Origin: Bacteroidales bacterium
Lineage (GTDB): Bacteria > Bacteroidota > Bacteroidia > Bacteroidales > VadinHA17
DNA: 64,000 nucleotides
Direction: 5' to 3'
Assembly: GCA_025454755.1 (NCBI GenBank)
Contig: JALONV010000006.1
Coordinates: 1,161-65,160 of the forward strand
Position numbers and translations under genes: made by a program. Positions 28,174 through 36,418 of this stretch are shown piece after piece (within the stretch, counting starts at the first letter, position 1; every line of letters begins with the position of its first letter). The notes under the pieces were generated by a model, which saw only the letters and a list, made by a program, of their open reading frames with translations, was not told the DNA's origin and made no database searches.

Positions 28174-28863
28174 ATGAGTATCTCCGACTGGATAGCAAAT
28201 AATTATATTGAGATTTTCGGCACAGTGACCGGAATACTCTACGTAATCCTTGAAATCAGACAGAACATCTGGCTCTGGCCGGTGGGCATCATCACGTCGG
28301 GGGTTTATATATGGGTGTTTTTTACAGGCAAGCTGTATGCAGATATGAGTTTGCAGGGCTACTATCTGGTAATAAGTGTGTTGGGATGGTACTGGTGGAT
28401 TCATAAGAAGAGGGGGCGAGTGGGAGAGGGGGCGAGGGCGAGGGCGAGAGGGAGAGAAGAGGAGAGTGAGAGAATCCCCCCGCAGAGCGGGAGGTCGGGG
28501 GTGGGTTATGAAGAAGCTGAAAAACTTAAAGTATCTCACCTTAAATTTGGAACAGGAATGATTCTTGCAATAGTTTTTGCATTTCTTTATGCTCTTTTAT
28601 GGATTATCCTTGACAGGTTAACCGATTCACCTGTGCCGGTATGGGATTCTTTTATTACGTCACTTTCAATAATTGCCACCTGGATGCTGGCCCGGAAGAT
28701 CTATGAACACTGGTTCCTCTGGATCGTTGTCAACTTTGCGGCAGCAACACTCTTTTTCACGAGGGGACTCTATCCGACGGTAATATTATATGTTGTATAT
28801 TGTGCGATGTCGTTCGTTGGTCTGATGGAATGGAAGAAATCGTTGACTCAAAATAAAACCTGA
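28174..28863 (+). CDS. pnuT: PnuC-family transporter (thiamine-type, PnuT) carrying a 32-codon repeat-derived insertion
   Basis: 7 TM helices with Trp-rich PnuC motifs (LWPVGIITSGVYIWVFF, LGWYWW, ATWMLARK, WFLWIVVN). The context is TPP riboswitch + TPK. The insertion is at 28411-28506. Confidence 0.85.
   Translation: MSISDWIANNYIEIFGTVTGILYVILEIRQNIWLWPVGIITSGVYIWVFFTGKLYADMSLQGYYLVISVLGWYWWIHKKRGRVGEGARARARGREEESERIPPQSGRSGVGYEEAEKLKVSHLKFGTGMILAIVFAFLYALLWIILDRLTDSPVPVWDSFITSLSIIATWMLARKIYEHWFLWIVVNFAAATLFFTRGLYPTVILYVVYCAMSFVGLMEWKKSLTQNKT
28411..28506. repeat. GC/purine-rich repeat element inserted in frame within pnuT
   Basis: 96 nt. The 3' part atccccccgcagagcgggaggtcgggggtgggt is the reverse complement of the B2-type CCCGC..GCGGG module. 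The 5' part consists of GAGGGC/GAGAGG-like hexamers with six G3-5 runs. Confidence 0.8.
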
Positions 28864-28867
28864 TATA

Positions 28868-29515
28868 ATGTCTCTGAATGCTGTTATTGTTGCTGACGGA
28901 AATTTCCCCGTTCATAAAACACCACTGGAGTATCTTGAAAACGCAGATGCGATTATATGCTGTGACGGGAGTACCGAAAGTGTATTGAATGCTGGCATTA
29001 TCCCTGATGCAATAGTCGGTGATATGGATTCCCTTAGTGCTTTTCTCTCCGATAGATTTGCGGATCGCATTTATATTGATGAAAACCAGGAGACAAATGA
29101 TCTGACCAAGGCTGTTGAATGGTGCCGCGGATCGGGATATGATGATATCGTGATCGTTGGCGCGACAGGCAAAAGAGAAGATCACACGATCGGGAATATC
29201 TCTTTGCTTGCAGAATATTCAAAATTTATTAAAGTAAAAATGGTTACTGACACAGGAATTATTCTCCCGTTTCATGAGAGCTGCAGGATCGAAACATTCC
29301 CGGGTCAGAATATTTCTATTTTTTCGATTGATCCGGAAAATGAGATAACATCTTCCGGTTTGCGATACTCTCTCGAACGGAAAAAACTGAGAAACTGGTG
29401 GGAAGCCACACTGAATGAAGCAATCGGCTATGAAGTGGAGCTCAGATTTGAAGGAGGGCCGGTACTTGTTTTTCTATTATTCAACCCCCCACCCCCTCCC
29501 GCTGGCGCGGGATAG
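28868..29515 (+). CDS. thiN: Thiamine pyrophosphokinase
   Basis: Motifs IICCDGS, VGDMDS, QETNDLTKA and GATGKREDHTIGN. It starts 4 nt after pnuT. The last ~11 codons (FNPPPPPAGAG) and the stop lie inside the repeat element. Confidence 0.88.
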   Translation: MSLNAVIVADGNFPVHKTPLEYLENADAIICCDGSTESVLNAGIIPDAIVGDMDSLSAFLSDRFADRIYIDENQETNDLTKAVEWCRGSGYDDIVIVGATGKREDHTIGNISLLAEYSKFIKVKMVTDTGIILPFHESCRIETFPGQNISIFSIDPENEITSSGLRYSLERKKLRNWWEATLNEAIGYEVELRFEGGPVLVFLLFNPPPPPAGAG

Positions 29516-29596
29516 GCTCTAAAGGGGGTCTAAAACCCACCTGAAAATATAAATCATTTACGATTTAACCCCCCTTCAGGGGGGCAGGGGGGTCGG
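29483..29596. repeat. GC-rich composite hairpin element (B2 + inverted B1), full-length copy
   Basis: The left part is aaCCCCCCaCCCCCTCCCGCtggcGCGGGAtAGGCTCTAAAGGGGGtctaaaaccc. The right part is aaccccccttcaggggggcaggggggtcggc. The C-rich left and G-rich right termini are complementary. Confidence 0.88.
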
Positions 29597-30521
29597 CTTC
29601 CTCTTTCACAAGATTCATCAGTTGCGCTCTGCTCTTTACATTTGTCTTTATGTAAATACGATGGGTATGGTCTTTCACAGTCTGCAGGCTGATAAACAGC
29701 TTCTCTGATATTTCTTTATTGCTCAGACCATTACAGATTTCACGTACAATGTCGGATTCGCGTGCCGACACTTCAAACTTTTTGCAAAACTCTTCGAATG
29801 AAAGATTTTGTGATGGTTCCTGTTTTGCAAATGCTGGGAGAACGGTTCCATAGCTCAGATAAATCGGCAGGAATGTATTTCCAGTAAAAAACGCGAATAT
29901 AAAGATCAGTCCGAGCCATGGTTGTGAAGTATAGAATACTAAAGGAATGCATTGTGAAATACCAATAATTGAGATCGTGGGAGCAATTATTCTCCTGTCG
30001 TATTCATAGATAGTCGCTTTTCCTATTATTGGCAAATGGATCAGGTATGAAGCAAGAAGTGACCAGATTACATTCATCAGGATATAGTAATCCCTGATAA
30101 ACACCCTTGGATCGGCTATCTTCTTGTTGGCAATGAAATAACCAATCACAACCAGTATTGTGAAATTTCCGAACAGGAATGAGAAAACAGTCCAACCGCT
30201 GATTTTTCTACCGGATAACAATGCTGCGAGTTGAATCAGCATTAGCCATGCAAATACCAGGAATGGAAGTCCCAGAAGCAGTGCGATCCCGGTAAATCTT
30301 AAAAGAAGCTCTGCAGAAATATAAGTGGAAAGGAATGTTTGAACAACCACCTGTCCCCATAAACCATAAAATCCAAAGGCAGATATGAAGACCTGGTAGT
30401 AAATGAGTGTCGAAAAGACATCGGATCTATATTTGTTGCGTAGCCTTGTTGAAAGAATTATACCTCCTGCCGTCAATGCGACCGAAAGGACAAGATCGAG
30501 ATAAACCAGGTATTTCAGCAT
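29565..30521 (-). CDS. Membrane-integral (about 7 TM) LuxR-family HTH transcriptional regulator
   Basis: Seven predicted hydrophobic helices are followed by the LuxR/GerE HTH RESDIVREICNGLSNKEISEKLFISLQTVKDHTHRIYIKTNVKSRAQL. The C-terminal DPPAPLKGG comes from the repeat. Confidence 0.8.
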   Translation of the reverse strand: MLKYLVYLDLVLSVALTAGGIILSTRLRNKYRSDVFSTLIYYQVFISAFGFYGLWGQVVVQTFLSTYISAELLLRFTGIALLLGLPFLVFAWLMLIQLAALLSGRKISGWTVFSFLFGNFTILVVIGYFIANKKIADPRVFIRDYYILMNVIWSLLASYLIHLPIIGKATIYEYDRRIIAPTISIIGISQCIPLVFYTSQPWLGLIFIFAFFTGNTFLPIYLSYGTVLPAFAKQEPSQNLSFEEFCKKFEVSARESDIVREICNGLSNKEISEKLFISLQTVKDHTHRIYIKTNVKSRAQLMNLVKEEADPPAPLKGG

Positions 30522-30570
30522 GGTATAAAATTAAGAAATTCCCGGAATATCAATGAAATAAAAATGAGCA

Positions 30571-30602
30571 CTACTAAAGTATTGCCCTCCATACTTAAGT
30601 AG
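30571..30602. promoter_or_regulatory. Candidate operator palindrome in a divergent promoter region
   Basis: ctactaaagtat-tgccctcc-atacttaagtag has 12-bp arms with one mismatch. It lies between the divergent LuxR-type gene and the gene at 30700. Confidence 0.35.
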
Positions 30603-30699
30603 GGAAAATAAAAATCAATACTATAGTATGAAATCTATATAAACGAAGGGATTTAAATTTACTTCATAAAATAAACGCTAACAATTAATAATTAGAAAA

Positions 30700-31455
30700 A
30701 TGGAAACAACCAACAATTACACTTTAAAACCAACTTTCGGAGACAGCTTCGGGACAGGATGGCGTGTCATGCTTGATAATTTTCTAAGACTCTTCCTGGT
30801 AGTAATTATAGTAGGCATAATTACCGGTCCTCCGAATATTTTTCAGATGAACCTGGATAAAGGCGACTTCCCCCATATGCCATGGAACTTGCATGGATGG
30901 GATGGCGACATGAGAGGATTATTCGGCCTGGCATCCCTTGGAATGCTTGCTGTTCTATTCGGCTTGCTGGCTCTCCTTTATACCTGCCTCGTTGTGCCTG
31001 TATTCACCTTTGGCAGCAAAATGATCTTTCTTGAAGCAGTAAGGAAGATGAAACCGAATTTCGAATGGCTTATCAGAGGATTCATGAGCAATTACCTAAA
31101 CATTGTTCTTGCCAACCTTCTTGTATTCGCACTTGTTGCAATTGGCCTTTTTGCCCTGATAATTCCCGGGATTATAATAGCGTGCAGACTCGCATTTGTT
31201 AAATACATCGTCATGGACAAGAAGGTTGACCCGATTGAGGCAGTTGAAATGAGCTGGAAGCTTACGAGAGGACATGGATGGACCATCTTCCTCATGGGAT
31301 TTGTTTCGTTCTTCATTGGGATCTTTGGCTTCTGCCTGATGATAGTCGGTATTTTCCCTGCTATCATCTGGATCGCAAGCTCATTTGCTTCACTTTATCA
31401 GTCGGTCCTTCTGGAAAAAGAGAAACCGGTTGAGCCGGAAGCAGTAGCAGCGTAA
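30700..31455 (+). CDS. Polytopic membrane protein of unknown function (DUF975/UPF0259-like)
   Basis: 251 aa with about 5-6 TM helices and no catalytic motif recognised. Confidence 0.5.
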   Translation: METTNNYTLKPTFGDSFGTGWRVMLDNFLRLFLVVIIVGIITGPPNIFQMNLDKGDFPHMPWNLHGWDGDMRGLFGLASLGMLAVLFGLLALLYTCLVVPVFTFGSKMIFLEAVRKMKPNFEWLIRGFMSNYLNIVLANLLVFALVAIGLFALIIPGIIIACRLAFVKYIVMDKKVDPIEAVEMSWKLTRGHGWTIFLMGFVSFFIGIFGFCLMIVGIFPAIIWIASSFASLYQSVLLEKEKPVEPEAVAA

Positions 31456-31493
31456 TATTTACAGCATCCACTTAATTCCTTAATTAGTTTTCA

Positions 31494-31528
31494 CCTGCCG
31501 CGGACTTCGGTTCCGGCAGGTTTTTTTT
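31494..31528 (+). terminator. Rho-independent terminator
   Basis: cctgccg-cggacttcggttc-cggcagg is followed by an eight-T run, 39 nt after the stop of the gene at 30700-31455. Confidence 0.8.
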
Positions 31529-31573
31529 ATAAAATTTTGTAACTTTACTTTTTATTCATTCAAATACTAAAAC

Positions 31574-32596
31574 ATGAAAACAAGATCAATCATTCTGTCA
31601 GTAATACTGATTTTTGCAGTCACCTCATTTACAAATGGTCAGGTAGGCGGTTATCTTAAAAGCAAAGTTAACAGGGCAGTAGATGCCGCAGCTAATGCAG
31701 CGGATAAAAGAGCTAACCAGGAAATAGACAAGAAAGCAGAGGAAGAGGTAAATAAGGCTGCGGACAAGATATTGGATGATGCAGAAAAGAATGCGGAAAA
31801 GAATGCAGAAGATAATGCAGAAGCGAATAAGCAGACTGAAGAAACCGGAAATGCAGAAGTTAGACAACAGGAAAACAAGGCAGAGAAAGAGTCTGGAGGC
31901 GGATTCAACCTGGGCGCCCTGATGGGAGGAGGAACAGTTACTTCAAAATACAGGGAATCTTATTCATTCAACAACAGGATCTATATGCAGGCCGAAATGT
32001 ACGACGGCAAAGATGTGGTGAAAATGGACTACTATATTTATTTCAATGACTCCGGATCTGATGCAGGGATAGAAACTAAAATGGCAGGAACCACCGATGA
32101 AGGTGACCAGGTAGCGATGGCATCATCTTTCATTGCTGACGGAACAAACAAATCATTCCTGATGCTCTCGGATATGGGGGGAACAAGATTCGGCATCATA
32201 AGTGATGTTCCTGATGAAACAACTGCTGCGGCAGAGACAACACCCAAACCAACGATTACAAAAACCGGAAACAGCAAGGTGATTGCAGGCTACAAATGCG
32301 ATGAATACCTGGTAAAGCAGACAGGTAAGAAAGAGTACAGCAAGGTTTGGCTAACCAAAGACCTGAAGCTCCAGGCAGATAAAAGGACTTTCTCCCAGGC
32401 CGGTGTGACAGCATATTATGATAATCCTGAACTGCGCGATGCAGCCTCACTTGCAATGGAATCTTATGACGATAAAGGAAAACTGGCCATGAAATCCGAA
32501 ACAAAGGAGATCAATATGGGTTTCAAGCATACAATGACAACAGCCGGATATCCATTGCGACAGATGAATTTCAGCCAGGTGGGAACTAAGAAATAA
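31574..32596 (+). CDS. Secreted DUF4412-like protein with K/A/E/N-rich N-terminal low-complexity region
   Basis: A signal peptide is followed by AANAADKRANQEIDKKAEEEVNKAADKILDDAEKNAEKNAEDNAEANK and then a beta-rich domain (..VIAGYKCDEYLV..). The family name is from memory. Confidence 0.55.
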   Translation: MKTRSIILSVILIFAVTSFTNGQVGGYLKSKVNRAVDAAANAADKRANQEIDKKAEEEVNKAADKILDDAEKNAEKNAEDNAEANKQTEETGNAEVRQQENKAEKESGGGFNLGALMGGGTVTSKYRESYSFNNRIYMQAEMYDGKDVVKMDYYIYFNDSGSDAGIETKMAGTTDEGDQVAMASSFIADGTNKSFLMLSDMGGTRFGIISDVPDETTAAAETTPKPTITKTGNSKVIAGYKCDEYLVKQTGKKEYSKVWLTKDLKLQADKRTFSQAGVTAYYDNPELRDAASLAMESYDDKGKLAMKSETKEINMGFKHTMTTAGYPLRQMNFSQVGTKK

Positions 32597-32703
32597 CCCC
32601 CGGCTACGCTGAAGCGTAGCCACCCCCTAAAGGGGGTAAAAAATCCAATTCTTTGTTTTAATTTTCAGGGTAAATTAGCCCCCCTTTAGGGGGGTTGGGG
32701 GGT
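32595..32703. repeat. GC-rich composite hairpin element (B2 variant + inverted B1)
   Basis: The left part is aaCCCCCggctacgc-tgaa-gcgtagccaCCCCCTAAAGGGGGtaaaaaatcc. The right part's reverse complement is ataCCCCCCaaCCCCCCTAAAGGGGGGctaa. It spans from one stop codon into the 3' end of uvrD. Confidence 0.85.
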
Positions 32704-34978
32704 ATTTAATCAGTTTCGCAAACCTCAGTAAAAGCTTCTTCTTCCCGTCTTTCTCGAATTCAACAGTGGCCGTCTGATTTGGCGGGACTCCTTCGATGGA
32801 GACAATTAATCCGTTCCCGAATCTTTCGTGCTGTACAGAGTCTCCTTCTGAAAACTGTGAGGGATCACTGCCATTGAAAGGAGTAGCCGGCTGAGTTACA
32901 TGTTTTGATATTTTCCTCATCCTGGGAGAAGGTTTGAAAATGACCTGTTCTTCACGAAAAGAGAAGCCCCTGTCATCCTGGCTTTTCTTCGCATGGAACG
33001 GTTTACCTCCCGTCTGAGGGTAATCAACATATTTCATGTCGAGCTCGCGCAGGAACCTGCTGGGATTGCTTCTCTCAAGATTTCCCCATTTGTACCTGTT
33101 AAGAGCATAGCTTAAGGTAGCCTGTTTTTTTGCACGGGTGACCGCCACATAAAAAAGCCGCCTCTCTTCCTCAAGTTCTTTCGAACTGCCCGACGACATC
33201 GGTGATGGGAATAATGTGTCTTCCATCCCAACAACATATACATGGCTGAATTCCAGTCCTTTAGCCGAATGCATGGTCATCAGGGTAACTTTCTCGCGGT
33301 CCTCCTCCTTTTCATTATCCTGATCGGTGAGGAGTGCAACATTTGCAAGATAATCACCAAGTGTGGATGGTTCTCCATTCGTCTCAGCAGCTTCGGTAAA
33401 TATTTTTATCGCATTGAGGAGCTCTTCCATATTTTCATAGCGGCTGATCTCTTCAGGAAGCTTGCCATCGCGAAGCTCCTTCATAATGCCTGAGCTGGCA
33501 GCTATTTCTTTTGCCTTGGCATATGCATCTGATGTTTCAGCATTCAGCGACAGGGCATCGATCAGTTCTGCATATACTGTTAATTTTTTCACAGTGCCTG
33601 CGTTGAAATGCTGTGAGTAACTGCCAGCCTCATTCAGGATATTCCAGGCAGAAACATTCTGTTCATGTGCAAGTTCAAAAAGCTTCTGAATCGTAGTGTC
33701 CCCGATTCCTCTCTTAGGGTAATTTATCGATCTTTTAAGAGCTTCTTCATCTTCCCGGTTCATCACCATTCTGAAGTATGCAATGATATCCTTTATTTCC
33801 CTGCGCTCATAGAATGAAAGGCCTCCATATATTTTATATGGTATATTCTTCCTGCGAAGGGTCTCCTCAAAAATACGGCTCTGGGCGTTTGTCCTGTAGA
33901 GAACAGCGAAATCCGACCATTTCAGCTGTTGAGAATACCTCCTGTCGAAAATATCCGAAGTTATCATAAAACCCTCTTCAGTGTCGGTCATCGCCTGCAT
34001 TACCATTATTTTCTCTCCGGGTTCATTCTTAGAATAGACTGTTTTATGAATCTGGCCTTCATTATTTGCGATTATGGCATTTGCCGCATTAACGATTGTC
34101 TGGGTAGATCGATAATTCTGTTCCAGCTTGAAAAGCTTATAATCAGGATAGTCGTTTTTAAATTCAAGTATGTTCTCGATCCTTGCTCCGCGGAATGAGT
34201 ATATGCTCTGGGCATCATCACCGACAACACAAAGATTATGATGAGCTGCCGCAAGTTTCTTTACGATGAGATACTGGGCATAGTTTGTATCCTGGTATTC
34301 ATCGACAAGGATATATCTGAAACGATCCTGGTATGAAGAGAGCACATCCGGGAAATCCCTGAAAAGTATGTTGGTATTCATAAGAAGATCATCAAAGTCC
34401 ATCGCATTTGATTTGAAGCATCTTGATGCATATATTTTGAATATGTCTGAAAGAAGCGGCATCCTGCTTGCTTTGTCATATTCCTGCAATGAACCATCTG
34501 CTGAATACATGCTCGCCGTGATGAGATTGTTTTTGACCATTGATATTCTCGCGGCAATACTCCCCGGTTTATAGATGTTATCATCGAGGTTGAGCTCTCT
34601 GATAATAGTACGTACCAGGCTCTTTGCATCAACAGCATCATATATCGTATAGTTGGATTTATATCCCAGCCTGTCGCCTTCAATCCTTAATATCCTTGCG
34701 AATATTGAATGAAAGGTACCCATCCATAGAAATCGTGCAATCTCAGGGCCTGCTATCCTGGCGATCCTCTCCTTCATTTCGCCTGCAGCCTTGTTGGTGA
34801 AAGTAAGCGCAAGGATCTTTCCTGCCTGAACGCCATTCCGGAGGAGATGGGCAATGCGGTATGTAAGCACACGCGTTTTACCGGCGCCGGCACCGGCGAT
34901 GACCAGTGCAGGGCCTTCGGTATTAACGACAGCCTGTTTCTGAGCATCGTTAAGTTCGCTGAGATAATTGTGATCCAT
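32675..34978 (-). CDS. uvrD: ATP-dependent DNA helicase, UvrD/PcrA/Rep family
   Basis: Walker A AGAGAGKTRVL, motif II LVDEYQDTN, further SF1 motifs and a C-terminal Tudor-like domain. The last ~8 codons (PPTPLKGG) are repeat-derived. Confidence 0.92.
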   Translation of the reverse strand: MDHNYLSELNDAQKQAVVNTEGPALVIAGAGAGKTRVLTYRIAHLLRNGVQAGKILALTFTNKAAGEMKERIARIAGPEIARFLWMGTFHSIFARILRIEGDRLGYKSNYTIYDAVDAKSLVRTIIRELNLDDNIYKPGSIAARISMVKNNLITASMYSADGSLQEYDKASRMPLLSDIFKIYASRCFKSNAMDFDDLLMNTNILFRDFPDVLSSYQDRFRYILVDEYQDTNYAQYLIVKKLAAAHHNLCVVGDDAQSIYSFRGARIENILEFKNDYPDYKLFKLEQNYRSTQTIVNAANAIIANNEGQIHKTVYSKNEPGEKIMVMQAMTDTEEGFMITSDIFDRRYSQQLKWSDFAVLYRTNAQSRIFEETLRRKNIPYKIYGGLSFYERREIKDIIAYFRMVMNREDEEALKRSINYPKRGIGDTTIQKLFELAHEQNVSAWNILNEAGSYSQHFNAGTVKKLTVYAELIDALSLNAETSDAYAKAKEIAASSGIMKELRDGKLPEEISRYENMEELLNAIKIFTEAAETNGEPSTLGDYLANVALLTDQDNEKEEDREKVTLMTMHSAKGLEFSHVYVVGMEDTLFPSPMSSGSSKELEEERRLFYVAVTRAKKQATLSYALNRYKWGNLERSNPSRFLRELDMKYVDYPQTGGKPFHAKKSQDDRGFSFREEQVIFKPSPRMRKISKHVTQPATPFNGSDPSQFSEGDSVQHERFGNGLIVSIEGVPPNQTATVEFEKDGKKKLLLRFAKLIKYPPTPLKGG

Positions 34979-35077
34979 TCAGATTTTCGGAATTACAGCG
35001 TTCAAGGTGGGACAAAAATAGCAAATACAATTTCAGGAGAATTGAAAATTAGAAAATAAACAGGAATAATTATTAAC

Positions 35078-35113
35078 AGCAATAGGGTCATGCCATGGCA
35101 CGACCCTATTGCT
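35078..35113. promoter_or_regulatory. 36-nt near-perfect palindrome in the uvrD / T9SS-cargo divergent region
   Basis: agcaatagggtcAtgccatggcaCgaccctattgct has a single mismatched pair. It contains the ORF-track ATG at 35090. Confidence 0.4.
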
Positions 35114-35188
35114 AATTTTATTATAATTGCGGTTAATAATACAAATAGGATAACCATTTTCGTTAATTATACAAATTCAAGAATACCT

Positions 35189-36418
35189 GTGCGTTTTTGG
35201 GTTACGATATTCTTTTTCATTCTTCCTTTATCTCTTGCTGCGCAGCTTGATGCTCCGGGAAAGATATCGGTAAAGTATACCTCATATCCATCATCCCCGG
35301 CTGTCAAAGATCCGATCTTCTTCTATTGCAGTTCACTTGGAACAGACAATGGTTCTCTTACGGCACAGAAGTCCGGGGGAACCGGCACTTATGATTTTTC
35401 CTGGTATAAATGGAATAATGGCACCGGCAGCTTCAGCGATTTTATTATTAGCGAAACAGGCAAAGTAACCTCAACCATTGCCAATCGCTCAGCAGGAGGA
35501 TACAGAGTAGAGATCGACAGCTCAGGAATCGAAGTTGAGACTCTTACAGGGTGGATATTTTTTGATACTCCTCCCATTGCAGAAGCTAGACTCGATGAGG
35601 AACGATGCAACAGGGTGGCGCTTGATGGCGACACATCAGCCACAACGAAAAATTTCTACTACAATGATCCGGTAACAAAAAACAGCGTTACTCAGAAAAA
35701 TGAGATAAATTTCTTATGGTCATCGACACCCACTTCTATAATACCATTACCAAGTTTTAAATTGGATCCTATTACTTATTCTCCACCACTGGAAGATGTG
35801 ACTTATAAGCTCACGGTTAATTCACTTGGCTGCAGCAGCGAAGCATCATTCTTTTATGCTGCCATCAGGGCATTAGCTGATTTCAGCGTCGACCCTGTGG
35901 AAGGGGAGGCTCCTCTGGAAGTCAGCTTCACAGACAAATCCATCAGGGGCGCTGAATACACATGGGATTTTGGAGATGGCACTGACACAACCCTGAAGGA
36001 TCCTCCGCCTCATATATATTATAAGCCGGGTGAATATTGGGTAACTCTCGACATAGTAAGTGAACTTTTCTGCACCGACGCTGCGGATAGCATCAAAATA
36101 ACAGTGGAACCTTCGGAACTTGATATTCCCAATGTCTTCACACCCGATGATGACGGGTATAATGACAGGTTCAGAATTGAATCAAAATCACTCCGGTATG
36201 TCAGTATGGAAGTCTTCAGCCAGTCGGGGCTGAAAATTTATGGTTTTTCCGGTGAAGGAGAGAGACTGAAGAGTTGGGATGGATGGGATGGCAAAATAAA
36301 TAACTCCTCCACAAAGGCACGCCCCGGTATCTATTTTTACATCATCAGGGCATTCGGGTGGGACGATGTCAAGTATGACTCGAAGGAGTACCGGGGATTC
36401 GTGTATCTGTACAGATAA
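35189..36418 (+). CDS. Secreted PKD-domain protein with T9SS type-B (CHU_C / gliding-motility-associated) C-terminal sorting domain
   Basis: PKD domain (EAPLEVSFTDKS..YTWDFGDG..HIYYKPGEYWVTL). The C-terminal domain is IPNVFTPDDDGYNDRFRI...GIYFYIIRA...GFVYLYR. GTG 35189 is chosen as start because it gives a proper signal peptide (RFWVTIFFFILPLSLAAQ). The ORF track begins at 35090. Confidence 0.8.
   Translation: MRFWVTIFFFILPLSLAAQLDAPGKISVKYTSYPSSPAVKDPIFFYCSSLGTDNGSLTAQKSGGTGTYDFSWYKWNNGTGSFSDFIISETGKVTSTIANRSAGGYRVEIDSSGIEVETLTGWIFFDTPPIAEARLDEERCNRVALDGDTSATTKNFYYNDPVTKNSVTQKNEINFLWSSTPTSIIPLPSFKLDPITYSPPLEDVTYKLTVNSLGCSSEASFFYAAIRALADFSVDPVEGEAPLEVSFTDKSIRGAEYTWDFGDGTDTTLKDPPPHIYYKPGEYWVTLDIVSELFCTDAADSIKITVEPSELDIPNVFTPDDDGYNDRFRIESKSLRYVSMEVFSQSGLKIYGFSGEGERLKSWDGWDGKINNSSTKARPGIYFYIIRAFGWDDVKYDSKEYRGFVYLYR

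Noticed and set aside
27823-28539. 238-aa minus-strand ORF spanning the TonB-receptor 3' end and the pnuT 5' half
   Set aside because: It is antisense to two well-supported genes. Its Pro/Arg/Ser-rich middle (PRPPALRGDSLTLLFSPSRPRPRPL) is simply the complement of the GC-rich insertion. It is a shadow ORF.
35095-35112. Sigma-54 promoter (TGGCACG...TTGCT) for the T9SS cargo gene, possibly served by the sigma-54 activator at 924-2099
   Set aside because: The GG-to-GC spacing is 14 nt instead of the invariant 12 nt of -24/-12 promoters. The motif is also part of a larger palindrome, which explains its presence.
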